This document shows, in pieces, positions 1 to 12,239 of a DNA stretch of 64,000 nucleotides. A program made the translations under genes and the position numbers. The notes under the pieces are model-generated. The model worked only from the letters and a program-made list of their open reading frames with translations, had not been told where the DNA came from and made no database searches. The stretch lies in the NCBI GenBank assembly GCA_013115145.1, contig JAAPAO010000016.1, forward strand, positions 62,001 through 126,000. The letters are read 5' to 3'. Position 1 is the stretch's first letter. Every line of letters starts with the position of its first letter. Origin of the DNA: Perkinsus chesapeaki ATCC PRA-425. Taxonomy: Eukaryota > Protista > Perkinsozoa.

Positions 1-900
1 GTAACCATGAAATTCACAGCCTTACACCTGACTTTCGAAAATACCTGCTGACCAGTCCTCACCGTAGTCACTGCAATTAGCACTAGAATCTGCACCATGA
101 GAGCCTGAGGCACTCGGTGTACATCTAAATACGAGAAAATCGGTCACTCAAAAATTGTAATCTCGTGGCTCTGGAGCCAGCCTCTACGATAAAACCGAAC
201 TCAAATGGATCCACCGTGAAGCTACGTTGCACGTTAGTCAACCAACACTTCTCTGGCCGACGACGAACGAGGCACGCAAGAGACAAGCGACTTCAGCTAC
301 TTAGCGGAAACCCTTCTACTCAGCTTTGGCCCCGAGAACTAATAACCACGGACCCTCTAATGCCGTAAGTATGGTCCTTACTGTGTTGAGCCGCCTTCGA
401 TCACAGCATCGGATGCCTTGATCATGGTGGAGCAATCATCATCACGTGTGATAGTTCCACTGATTTGCACGGAGAATACTGGAATACTGGTATCGGAGGT
501 GATGGTTGCGTTTAGTGTGAGGGTGCAGTGTAGTTCTCTAGGAAGACTGTACTGCCATCGACGTCGACATCTTCATTACCACAGGGCTCCGAAACACGTA
601 CGTAACCCGAAGAGATGCAGTCGGAGGACTCATCCCAGAGGAGTAGCTTCATAAAGTAACCAGCAGAGAGTTGCATTAACGCTAGCAAGGAGAGTTCGCC
701 TCAAGCACGAGGCCTGCCGCCTGAAGGCCATTTGAAGTCGGGTTGTCAGGTAAGTCGGGAACTTGACCAAGCTACGCGTGTTAAGCTTTTTAAGTTGAGC
801 TTGCGTGCCCCCAGCACCAACGCGACCCCTCTCCGTGAGGTTCCTACACACCTATGACACTCGTGAATGGAAGGAATGGAAGCTTCACTCCGCTTGCTAA
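1..900 (-). CDS. Hypothetical multi-exon protein, runs off the window start; boundaries uncertain
   Basis: Open minus-strand segments with plausible splice sites, e.g. ELHCTLTLNATITSDTSIPVFSVQISGTITRDDDCSTMIKASDAVIEGGST (about 400-550) and CWLTNVQRSFTVDPFEFGFIVEAGSRATRLQFLSDRFS (about 130-260). No recognisable motif. Confidence 0.3.
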
Positions 901-1338
901 ACTATCTCCGTTGAACACGCGGCTCGATTTCATGAAATCTTTCCGGTCACGTGATCCTTACGATATTCAACAGGCCCAGCAACTTGTCCATAGGAACTGA
1001 CCTTCAATTGGTTTCTTGTCGCGTCATTCGCTTTCTTTTATCGGTTCTCTACAACTTGCAGGTTACAGATACCACCATACGTAGTAGGGACTTCGTGGTG
1101 TGGTGGTTTTGCGTTATAGGTAGAGGTTCATCCGGAGGTCGTTTCAACTCGTCTTTTCTGAAACACCTTTCCGTACTGAAAGTCCCTTAAAGTCTAAGCC
1201 TTCTTTCAGAGAAGTTCTGAGGTTCTGTGTCTTCGCTCTTGTGCGTTATGTTACCGCGTCCCCGCCGGTTTGGTATTGACAAGCATTTACCGGTGCGATC
1301 TCGAGGCCTCATGGGAGCCGACCTCTGCGGTCACTACG

Positions 1339-3085
1339 TTACACTACACGAAGTGGAGTCTGGAAACATGTATGACATGCTCTGGATATTAACCGCCTCG
1401 TAGAGCTAATGAATCTGAACGGTACTAATAATACTCTATGACTCATGATGATATAAATTGACTTGCCATAAGTATCACGGAAATGAAGTGGCGAGCAAAG
1501 CTGCACTGCTCGGCTGGCCGAGGGACGGTCGGTGGGCCAGAATCTCAGTATCGATGCCAAGACACTAGAGACCATACTTGACCGCAACTTCTCATTGAGA
1601 ATCGCGATTGTCTGAAAGAAAACAGCGAAATCTAGTACGAATAATAACATATATGGTTCTAGTGTTCACAAATAATAAATCAGCCGTGGGTGCGCGAGAG
1701 TATCTACCAAGTTTTACCAATCGGGTTTGATTTCTGTTCGCTAAATGGATAGCATAATGCAACAACTGAAATCCTCCAGACTTGTACCCCGTTTATATGG
1801 ACTTTTTTATATTCCAACCGAATCCCACCTGAGCTTCCGTTCTGGTCCATTTGGGGAATTGTTGGCTGAAGTACTCGAAAGTGTGTAGATGGGTTACAAC
1901 TGGAGTACCAACGAGTTGAAATATTTTGATAAGAGCCATGACTTCGCAGTCGCTCTGGAAAAGAGCATAGTTGGTGCCTGACTCCGAACACCATGAGAAG
2001 GATCCGGCAGTTCAATACCGACAAAGCTCGTAAATAACAGCGCCAGCGCTCCAGATGTCCACAGCCGGCCCGTATTCCTTGGCGCCAAGGAGAATCTCTG
2101 GCGCTCGGTACCATAACGTTTGAACCTTGCATGAGATGGCTCACTGAGAAACCGTCAGAGGCCTACCTCTCTCGTGTACGCACGCACATCTGGCCGAAAC
2201 GTCCGCGCTAAACCAAAGTCTGCGAGCTTCAGGCCTGGAAGGAGTGGTACCGAAGTACGCGGAGTTGTGGCTAACATGCAGAGCCATCGTTTATGTTGCC
2301 TTTTATAAGCACGTTTTGGGGCTTCACGTCACGATGCAAGACACCTCGCTCGTGGCAGTAACAGAGACCGGCGAAGATCTGCCTCCTGATGGGAAGGCCT
2401 CAGTCGCCGGAAGCACATAAGAATTCCGCACGCGTATTCAAACCGCCGTGAATCGGCTGAGACCGGTCCATGCCTAGCCAGATGCTGACGAAGGTCGCAA
2501 TTGCAGAGCTCGAAAGATATGCCAACTGAGTTGCCGCCGGACTCGTAGATGATATCACGCAAGCCGACCTACGAAGGGAAGTCGAAACGAACCTCTGGAA
2601 AGTACCGCGAAGCCTCTCACACGGGGTCGGCCCCCGATCTAGTTTCCAAACCGCAACGGTGAAGCTTACAATATGGCGATGAGCATCGTTTCTTCCATCA
2701 ACGTTACTAAGGAGTTTTCGGATCGTCCCGAGCTCTCGCAGCACCAATAGTGGGCATCCCTCGATCGTGGGGTCAAATGTAACCTGACAGTAACGGCGTT
2801 GCTGCTTTCACTTTGTCGAGATTCTTACAAGCTTCAGTGCGACCTTAGTCTTGGTCAAAGTGTCGAAAGCACGGTATCTGAAACGCGAATCACTTACCGA
2901 CAACGATCGGTCGTGGCGGTTAGGCTACACTTTCCCGTAGGTGCCTTCACCAAGCAAGTCCTTCTGTTTATTGTAGCTGAATCGACTGGCATAGAATCTG
3001 TCACCATCCAACCTGGAGTTCATAAGGGGAAAATAACCCTGCAGCCGAAGTATCATTATCAGCAGTGAGAGGGATACTTCCTCAT
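1339..3085 (-). CDS. Cyclin-dependent kinase (CDK1/2-like, CMGC), about 9 exons
   Basis: Spliced minus-strand exons give [123 protein letters not shown] and [10 protein letters not shown]. Probable ATG at 3085; 3' end uncertain. Confidence 0.9.
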
Positions 3086-3276
3086 CCGCGCGGTCTTAGG
3101 AATCCTGCTCTACACCGCAGGCAGCAACCTAGACGCTCATCCATCAATGAGCTAGATAGGCCACGAGCAAGCTCAACACGATCGGTGTGGAGAACCTTTG
3201 CCACATGGTGACACATAACGTACACTTCATGAATTGGTAACACCGATCGATGGCCAGCGACTCCAGTCATTCTCCC

Positions 3277-6200
3277 TCAGAGCGCATTTCGGCACGGCGT
3301 TGGGGTTTTGGCGAGGCGGCTTCGTTTAGCTGCTGACGTTTTCTTAGCAAAGGTATCCTCGGTGGGCAGCATTCTTGAGCACGATGCTGCTTGTGGGGTC
3401 GAATCGATGGAAACGACTAAGTCGCAGTCTCCGGAGAGTTCTTCGCTGCGCCGCAATCTTCGATGTGCATTCAATAGCGTACGAAGTGAAGCTCGCAAGT
3501 TGACTATATTCTGAAAGCACAACAGAGTTGGGAATGTCTCCGCTTCCAACGCCTGAGTCGTACCCTTGCAATCTTTGGGGCGCCCAATGTGGTGCTTTCA
3601 GTGCAATTGGCAGCATCAAGCAAACCGTTGATCTTGTCGTGCAGGCATCTCGACACGCTCATCAGTCGGGACTTGGCAGAAGCCTCCAATTTAATAAGTC
3701 GTACGAGTTGGTCTGAAGTAGACGGAATTGAACCAGATGCGCGAATCGGTACAAGTCATCGCCACGGCAGCTGCAAACTCACCAATGAAACGGCCAAGCG
3801 GCTTGACGACCAAGAGGAGCATGCGATGGTCGCGAGTCGACAGACACGAATCGAGGAAATGGCATTGGAGGAGAATTTGATAGGTTCCTCTGGAGGACAG
3901 CAATGAAAATAAGAGACGTACGAGTCCTACTTTGCAACTCTATCAAACTGATAAGATTCATTTCTACCGTCTTCGCATTCAGTTAGCTCTTCTTCCGTTT
4001 GCTCTGCCAAGTCGCAAAGCCAAAGAATGACTTTCCTGCTCACAGCTTGCCGACATCGCTTGAGCTGTGTCCCGAGAAGCGGAGGGTATCTACTAGCAGT
4101 ACACACTAGTCAGAGTCAGTCGCAGAGACAACAGGCACCTCATGCTCCCTTGGCCACTTTCTGCAGCATAGCACTCGCAGGCTGCTGCCTCTGCGATGCA
4201 CTTGAGATGCTGGCAGCTCGCGCCTAGCATCATGGCGTTCTCTAGGATCAATATGAGAGCGTCGGGGCACAGGTCTAAAGACACTGTACGTATAAGATGC
4301 ACTGCGAACTGCCTCCTCCCTTCAAGCCAGGCAGAATCGCCATGCTTGCCGCGCCTCAGCGCCGCTCTGTATGCAATATGAAGTACTTGGGGAACGACCG
4401 GAGCCTTGCGACAACTCTCCGAGCCCATCATAGCTTGTAAGGCTATCTCTTCCAAGTAGGCGAATGAGCGTTGTTCATCGAAGGAAGGGAGCACCTTGCG
4501 GAGGACGTCAGTGATGACGTTCAAGACGCCCTCGGGCGCCCCACTGCATTCGAGCAGTTTGGCAAAAGTCGACCACCAAAGAGCATCGTGACATTCCTTC
4601 TTGAAGGATGACTTCAACAGATCAACGATCGCCGTCGAATATCCGATATCCAGCCGGACGCAGACGTCATAAAATTCACCGGCAGGCCCCTTTTTCGTAA
4701 CGGTAGTTATTAGTTTGTTGCCCGAGGAACCCTCCGAGGCAGCAAGGGAGGCCGCAATCAGACATCTCCGGGCGAACCAAAGAGTATGGGAGCCGTAAGC
4801 CTCGATAAGCTCGACAAGACCGCCCTCAGCATCCTGAGCGGTACGACATAGTAGAATTGGAGGGAACTCGCTGAGCCACTCTTGGCCAGCTACATCCATG
4901 TCCGGCTCAAGATTTAGTTCGGAGACCAGAGGGTTCTGAAGACCATCGCAAGGATTTCCCCCTTGCGCTCTCGCCAAAGATTCACCATTAGACAGACCAG
5001 CGAACTGCGCAAGTGCGTTACTCTCGTTGAGCAACTCACGCCAATTGCCCTCAAAACCACCACGGGCTTGAAGCTGAGCAATCACTGTTGTGTACAGGTC
5101 TCTAAGGTTGTCCCCTCCTGGACCCGCAAGAATCTGTTTCATGCGCTCAACGACTATTGAGCATCTTTCACGATTGATGCCAGCTCCGGTCGTGACCAGA
5201 GCCACATAAGGGAGTACACTAGCGGGGAGGACCACAACGAAAGATTCCCACTTGTCTTGTGAGATGCTACCGTGACACTTCGCCATATGATAGCATAACT
5301 TCGCAACCACGCCGAGCGGCAGATTTGGTTTCATAAGCGTCTGCGCGAGCGCGTCGAAGATATCGGCCTCATCAATCTGACCGGAGCTGATGAGAATGTC
5401 GAGCACGTGGAAGCCGGTTGGCCTTGCAGCAACAGCTGCAAGGAAGCTTCTGCGGTGTGATGGGTCAAGACTGGCAACTTGCTGGACTAAGCCAGATTGG
5501 AGCCATTCGCCAAATTGTTCGTGTCGACTAGAGAAAGTAGGGTACCAATGAACGGTTCTAACGATAGCGATGTTTTCAAGAACTTTATCAGCTCGGACGA
5601 CAACATCCGCACAGGCATGCATTATGGTTGAATCACCGAGACCAAGAAGAGTTTCGATCACTCGAATGGAGGAGGATCCACGTAGAGCTTTCATGTGCCG
5701 AAGCATCACCGGTCTCGCCTTGTTCACGAAAGCACACAATTCAGTTGTCCTTTCAGCGGAACGATACTTCTGTATAAGTTGCTGGACAAATGCCCATCGG
5801 CTTGTTGTAGGCAGAGCAGAGTTCTCCATCACTTTAATGGCCAGGGCGAAGCTTTCGAGCTCAAATATGGAGTCGACCAGTTTGCCAATGATCTCCTCGC
5901 TTCCAGTCGAGAGGAGGCCACCGCTGTGAATGATGGCCTCGGCTAAGTCTGCATCCCAAGGTCCACCAGATATCTCGTGAACGATAGTAGCCGCTGCTTC
6001 GCCGCATGTTAAACCGGACTGTAGCACTGCTGTACTATCAGCACGGAGCTCCCTCACCACCACGCCAAGAATAGGAGCGTTCTTCATTCTGTCCACGGCA
6101 TCAGCCTCGGCGGCTACCAGAACCAAGTCGTCTTTATTCAACCGCGGGAGGCCATGTTTGACGATGGCGACCATGACGCCTTCATCCAGCTCGGAGGGGT

Positions 6201-6471
6201 TCTCAACACACTTGAGAATGACCGACAACAGAGAAGCCTGTGGTAGAGTGACAGCCAAGGCGGTAACGGTGCTCGGGGCACCCTCTGACAAAACGCTTGA
6301 AGCAATCTCGTCATCGCTGGCAATGCACCGGAGCTGCTGTACAGCGCGGATAACGGCCTGAGATGGCCGGGAAGGGTTAGAACAACTCTGTAGTGCTCTT
6401 TCTAGATTCCAGAATGACATCGAAAAAACTGTGGCGAATAAGGTGATGTGTAACACCGTACTGAAATACAT
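3277..6471 (-). CDS. Large hypothetical protein (helical, Leu/Ala-rich)
   Basis: 792-codon ORF at 4093-6471 with ATG start. Further in-frame-compatible segments (TLPLLGTQLKRCRQAVSRKVILWLCDL; QLVRLIKLEASAKSRLMS; NIVNLRASLRTLL...CRNAL-stop at 3277) suggest downstream exons. Confidence 0.7.
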
Positions 6472-6849
6472 TACGTGTATGTGTGGTCATTTAGATTTGT
6501 CTGAGCAAACTTGAGACGATTCATCGCAGTTCTTGCATTAAGCCCTCAAGGCTACCTGCTAGCCATGAAGATACCACGGGAGAATCTCAGGGAGTGATTG
6601 GGAAGGACAACTCTCCATTTTGGCTGCACGTGGTGTGTCGACTTCTACCACTAACCCGCAATTAACAAGTCGAACGCAATAGAGCGAGTTAAGACAGAAA
6701 TCCACGGCCCGGCATGCTTTAACATCGAACGATAGGTGAGGTTAAGAGTACCACGCTGTGACATAAGAAACAAAAGTGGCAGATTTTGCACGACATCAAT
6801 TGGCGTCCTTCATAAGACTGCTGAGCTGCAGCAGCTTTGGTCTGCAGGG

Positions 6850-6990
6850 GGTGTCCGGGGCGAAGATACCTACAAATAATACTTGGAGCTCTAGTCGATA
6901 CAGGCAGCAAGCGGCCGTTGAATGGCAGGACGGCAAGCGGAAGTTGCATAGCCGCAAATGGAGCAAGTGCGAGGTTTTGACATTCTGACT
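6850..6990 (+). pseudogene. Probable retroelement aspartic protease (retropepsin) relic
   Basis: Frame reads RRYLQIILGALVDTGSKRPLNGRTASGSCIAANGASARF-stop, with ALVDTGS (6888-6908) and a downstream IxAANG motif typical of LTR-element proteases. No intact pol ORF follows. Confidence 0.45.
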
Positions 6991-7497
6991 TGAACAAGAA
7001 CCAAGCAGACAACTCGGGAACGCTCTAAGAATGAGTCTCTACGGTTAGTGCGAAGCGATGCGGGAATTTGAGGCCACCTATAGTAAGTTGATTTTTGGCC
7101 GAGTGAAGGCGAACGTTCGATTGCAAGGTTATTTCTTGGGTAGGTATTAGTGGGAGGGCAAGCTTAAACTCGAGATAGTTCTATGTTCGGGAGCTTCCCC
7201 AGGCTTACGAATCAAACTGCCAATCGGAACCAAGAGTCGATGGTAGCGACGGTGGCCCACGCTCATCGATTCTAGTGGCAGAAGCCTAATCAACTTCAAC
7301 TTGGGCGTGTTGGGCCTTCTCTTGGACTAGCTAACCGCTACGAGCTAGTTCGCTGGGAAGATTCGCGGACTGTTGCTTCTACTAAACCGATTCCCTCCTC
7401 GTTACACTAAACAGAATACTGCAAGTCGGAAAAGTTCATGAATGTGCTTAAACAACAAAATAAGGACGACTAAAAATATGGCAGATAGCATTGTCAT

Positions 7498-7848
7498 TTA
7501 ACTCGTGGTCTTCTTGTACCAGACAATTCCCGACGTCTGATGAAATATAAGCTCGCCACCCGCGACAATTATAGTTAGAGATTTAGAACCTAGCTCGCCA
7601 CCAGATTTCTGGACCATTTCATCACATCGTTCCCCGCTCAGCGTCAAGTGTATACCATCGAATTGGTAACCACAATTGAAGATTTGGAGAGGTTTGGTCT
7701 TGTCGCCTTTCTTAATAAGGTTTACATTGCCGTCCATATATATGAATATGGCTCCGTCAATGTAGTGGGAATCATCGCCCCTTGGCTCGTACCCACCTTC
7801 GATATTAATGCTAATTGATAGCAAGTGAGGGACAAGGAGTAGTTTCAT
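7498..7848 (-). CDS. Small intronless putative secreted protein
   Basis: ATG-initiated 116-aa ORF with hydrophobic N-terminus (MKLLLVPHLLSISINIEGGY) and two cysteines. Confidence 0.55.
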   Translation of the reverse strand: MKLLLVPHLLSISINIEGGYEPRGDDSHYIDGAIFIYMDGNVNLIKKGDKTKPLQIFNCGYQFDGIHLTLSGERCDEMVQKSGGELGSKSLTIIVAGGELIFHQTSGIVWYKKTTS

Positions 7849-7977
7849 AGATGGTTAACGATTCAACTGGAATGAAGTCCAGGTTGTTCATCAATACTAA
7901 TATTTAAAGCTATCTCTCACCAGACTCTGGTGACCAGAGACCCCCGAGGAGATTCTCCCTTAGTAAGCCACCAACCA

Positions 7978-9904
7978 CTATTCTACTTCCAAAAGACTGG
8001 AGAATGGTTCAGTGAGAAGACTCATTGCGCCGCCGATGCAGTGAAAACCATATCCGCATTGTTGCGCAACGGTAACTTGAGCCTCATAGTGGACGGTGGC
8101 GCGACCGGGCTCCAGGCTGGAACCCACAGCAGCGCCACGAATTCCGCACAAAGTAGCTCTCATGTGCCCTGCAGAATGGAGGGATACTTCACCATCCACC
8201 CAGCAATACGGTGTGGGGCTAGAAGCCAGGCTCGTGCTGTCAGGGACACGGCTCGCCTGCGGAAGGCGATGTAACGTCCCCATGCTGTGGATCGATACAC
8301 CGCTGTAACGTTAAGCAACTTGAAGCTGGCAATGTGGGAAATAAGCCGCTTACGTGGGTCCCCGCTCCTCCGTCCGTGCACGGTCCTTTGGAGTGCTGCA
8401 CCTAAATCGACACCCATCAATAGCTTTCCCAGAGGGTGACTCTTGAAGCAGTTACAAGCATACGACTCGGGAAGAGTAGCTCTATGCTTCAGTCCACCGC
8501 CAATCAGCCCCCAACCTGTTAAGTCAGCTCCAGCGGGGCCATCCAGATTCTGTCATTTGTCAAATCAGCCATTCTGGCACCGAGAACCATTATTCAGAAT
8601 CCATTATAATGAACATGATTCCAGAAGCGGGTCTGGGAGTGAACCTCACGCTCTTTATCGGCGTTGCTTGGCGAAGGCCCCAACGGTTGGTAGAACGCCG
8701 CCCGAAACCGCCGCAACTTCGTCGTGGCGCGCGAGATTCAAAAATGATTCGCTCAAGGAACCTTCTTTCCCTAGGACGAACCTTAGGTATATGACAGTCG
8801 TGGAGCCTGTATGTGTCCGAGGTTAGATACGCCTTTTGTAGCCAACTACCAAATTACCCGTTTTCTTGGTGAGGAATCGGTCTAGCCGTCCGGACTGCGA
8901 TTCAAACAGACCCATTGATCATCACAAAACGATATAAAGGGGAATTCACTGTAGCCTTCGTTAACACTATGGCCGCTGTGCCAGTCCGGCGGTACTCCCA
9001 TCAGGCGTCTGGGGACAACTTCTCCAGGTAAGGTCAACAGTATCATCAGACACGTTATAGGAATGGCAGGCACGTTCGTCAACTGAGAAATCACGGCCTC
9101 ATCACCACGGTATCGGCACTGGCGGACGTGGCATCTCTGAAGATCTGCGATGGTGAATTCTTGGACCGGTTGGCTAATTACGTGGAGACCCGCCTCCTGT
9201 GCCCGGGAGATGTAAGCCATTGTTCAGCAAAAGCGTCTGCATTATTACAATGCTTAGACGCCCCGTATGTGGTTTTGAGCGCTTAGGTGTTACTGCGTGA
9301 AGGTCATAAAACTGACGCCAAAGGAGTTTGCATTTGGTTCCTCCGTCGAGGTGTCCTCAGCGTTGAAGTGAGACTGTCTGTGCCGGCCAACAGCATCCTG
9401 GCATGATCGCTCAGGCCACTCACCCGACAACCCGTAAACGAGTCGAACTGTGCCTCTTGAAGGAGGGAGACTCTTTCGGCAGTGTAGGCGTACGGTGCGC
9501 TGCGGCTTGCAAATCTTTATCTTCCAGTGCGCTGTGATGAACCTGTGCTCGCGATGGCCGGTTACAGTACGGGCGGTGAGTATCTGTGATGCTCGCTGCG
9601 TCCAAGCATATATGTGGCGCGCGACGCTGGGCAAGTTCCCAGAAGAGCATACTCGCTGGGTAGGGATATCCTTCGCGGCAGTCGGAGGAGGCCCTTCTGG
9701 TAGGCCAGTATAGCGCTAGATGAGCGGATGAAGCTCGATGAGCTCAAGCAAGAGGCCTTCCTGGCATGGTCGGCTGGGATGAAGGGGTAGACTCCCGCAG
9801 TGGGGAAGTTTGCTCTCGACGCTGCTGCTAATAAGATACAATACTAAGGCGACCAGGAAGCATAGGAGCAAGGCGGGCAAGAACGCACTGCGAGGCTGGT
9901 TCAT
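7978..9904 (-). CDS. Multi-exon putative type II membrane protein (possibly Golgi glycosyltransferase-like)
   Basis: First exon MNQPRSAFLPALLLCFLVALVLYLISSS has a short tail plus one TM segment, followed by several protein-like minus-strand segments with splice sites. Family assignment is inference only. Confidence 0.35.
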
Positions 9905-10559
9905 CACAGGGAGTGGTAGGAGTATCTTAGCTTAAAGCTTGCATGATGGTGTCTCTGTAAGAACCTGTATCGCCGGCTTACAGCGATGTGAGCGCGAAGT
10001 CCGTGGAAACGAGTAATAGCATTTTGATTGTGTTCCTGTGGATTATTTGTCTTCAGCCAAGACGACCAGCCAGGACCAAGCTGGTTTGTCCGCAAGGATC
10101 AGCGTTTCACATGCAGGTGATCGAAATCACTCGGTTGTATAGGGACAGCCTTTGTGTTAGACCCACTAGTGCCGAAGCAAAGGTCGAGCATGCTGGAGTA
10201 CCCTCAACAGCAGCAGCAGCACCGCCACAGTGCAGTGAGTTACTGGAGCCACTGATGCTATCGTATGGACTGTCTCAAGATATCTTGCACGGGACTCACA
10301 TCGCAGCTTGAAGAGTTCAGGCGAGCGTCCGTGCATGTGTTGGTTCCTGGAGGGCCGTCAAGTAATAGGTTATATAAGGGGCTGTGGCGGGGTCGGGGTT
10401 GAAGTGTGTTAAAGTATCTTACGCTATTATTTTTCTCGATCAAAGTTGTATGCACGGTAGCAAGGTGGGTATTTTGGGGACTCACATGGCCTTAGCTTCT
10501 GGGGGAGGCTTACTGACGGTACGAGAGCCATGACCTTATTTATATTATACATTACCTTA

Positions 10560-12100
10560 TTTATATTATCTCCCTTAGCATTTCCCATTCAGGAGGTTCC
10601 TCTCTTTCCTCGGTAGCATCATCAACCGACTCAGCCCGCAGAGCCTCGACTACCACGCTCATCAGTGGCCCCTTCGGTGAGGTCGTCATACAAGTACTGG
10701 ATAATCCCGCTCGTCCGCCATTGACCTTCTCGTTGCAGCGTCCCTCCGCACCATCATCAGTGCGAACTCTGAGCGAGCTCACAGTGGAGGAGAACGCCTC
10801 CTATAGAGGCGGAAGTAGTGGCAGTAATTGCACTGCTGATGCATTTGCCTTGGTCAGATGCGATCGTGGATTCCTTGGTTCCGAGCATCGCGGAGCCACC
10901 AGTGACGGTCAGATTTAAGCGCTTCAAACCCACACAGTACGTCCGAGCGGTGGCCTGTCCGTGGTCTGTTGTGATCATGTAGATGGTACGCCGCTCATCG
11001 AGCGAAAATGGAGAGTGTGAAAGTGACAAGGGAAAGGCGTGCTGCTGCCGAAGGGGCTCGCCGGTCAGCAGCTCGGAGCTCCAGAGGGGAATCAGGGCCC
11101 TCATTCAGGCGCAACACGCCTCGTAGGGTTGAAGATGGATCTCCTTACACTCAACCGTCGGTGCCGCCGGGTCGAGCGAGGATAACGGAGTGGGTGGTGG
11201 GGCATTTGGGTGTTTCGCTGGGAACTTCGCATTCGATTTGGATCTATGGGGTTACGTGGGAAGCGTCGCTGCAGAGGAATTTGAGGTTGATATAGATTGT
11301 GTGCTGGCTTCCCATTGCACATTCCCCAGTCAAATCTCAAGTCTCTCCGGGAGGGAAAAGTTCTTCCGTTGTTGCTCGCGAGTCATCTGAGTGTTATCTG
11401 ATTTTGGTGTGCGCGCTTCTGTAGGTCTAGACGGGCCTATGCCGCTGGAAGATCTCGAACGTCGGGGGGCAGGAAACACAAAAAGTAAAGTTCATTTGTA
11501 ATATTTGGTAGAGGCAACTTGCACAGATCGCGGGATCGCATAGCGACGAGGCTGCTGACCGCCCCTCTACACAAGAGAACGGCTTCGGTCTCTCCCACCG
11601 GGGAGGATGGTTCGTCTGGCGATACGTCGTCAACCTTTGGTCCCGATGGCCAATCCGCAATATTGCACAGCACTTGGGTGATAAACAGTTCTTCATTGTG
11701 TCGAATGTCTCCTTCAGGGGAGCCCGAGGGAGCTACCGCCAGTGCTCAACGCTCTGGTTACTTATAGGGAGTTCCAGACTTCACCGCAGTCGTTTAGGTC
11801 GCCGTCGAGCAGCGTGTCAGGCTTGGCCCACGTCAGCGCTCGCAACGTCCGGGATTTTGTTCGTGATCCTCACCGACCAGTGAAACCTCGAGCACGCCCT
11901 CCGCAAGTGTCGCCGATTTTGAAGCCTATTTCGACTTGCCTTATTTAGTCGCCTTATTGCCCTCCTCGCCCTCTGGCATGCATGATTGTTCCTGTTGTAC
12001 TCGGCTCCATCGGTGGTGTTGCGCGGTCACAGTTGGGCGGTCGTAGCCGAGGCAAACGCCAGTGATAAACTTCGTTACGTGGCCAAGATCATGTTGATTG
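10560..12100 (-). mobile_element. Decayed LTR-retrotransposon pol (integrase) relic
   Basis: Stop-riddled frames include YEACCA-stop-MRALIPLW (degenerate CxxC zinc finger), IYMITTDH...TIASDQGKCISS (two D motifs 37 aa apart) and, after a frameshift, DGAEGRCN (resembles NGxxERxN). Many in-frame stops upstream. Confidence 0.5.
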
Positions 12101-12239
12101 CGGGTCACCTGCTGCTGCTTCTTCGATGATTGAGAAGGACTCGGCTAGATTACCGAGAGTTCGGGGGGCGGGGGGCCCACGAGTGGTCGTACCTCTGGAG
12201 GAGAACGCGTAAGAATCGAGGGCCAGTGAACAAACGTGA

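Noticed and set aside
488-498. TGGTATCGGAG resembles an initiator-Met primer-binding site
   Set aside because: No LTR or retroelement ORF is adjacent, and it falls in a probable exon on the opposite strand.
11060-11135. Possible selenoprotein: minus-strand C-C-A-TGA-MRALIPLW resembles a thioredoxin CxxU motif
   Set aside because: The surrounding frames contain many other stops and integrase-like motifs, so the TGA is better explained as a CGA-to-TGA nonsense change in a retroelement relic. No convincing SECIS stem was found downstream.
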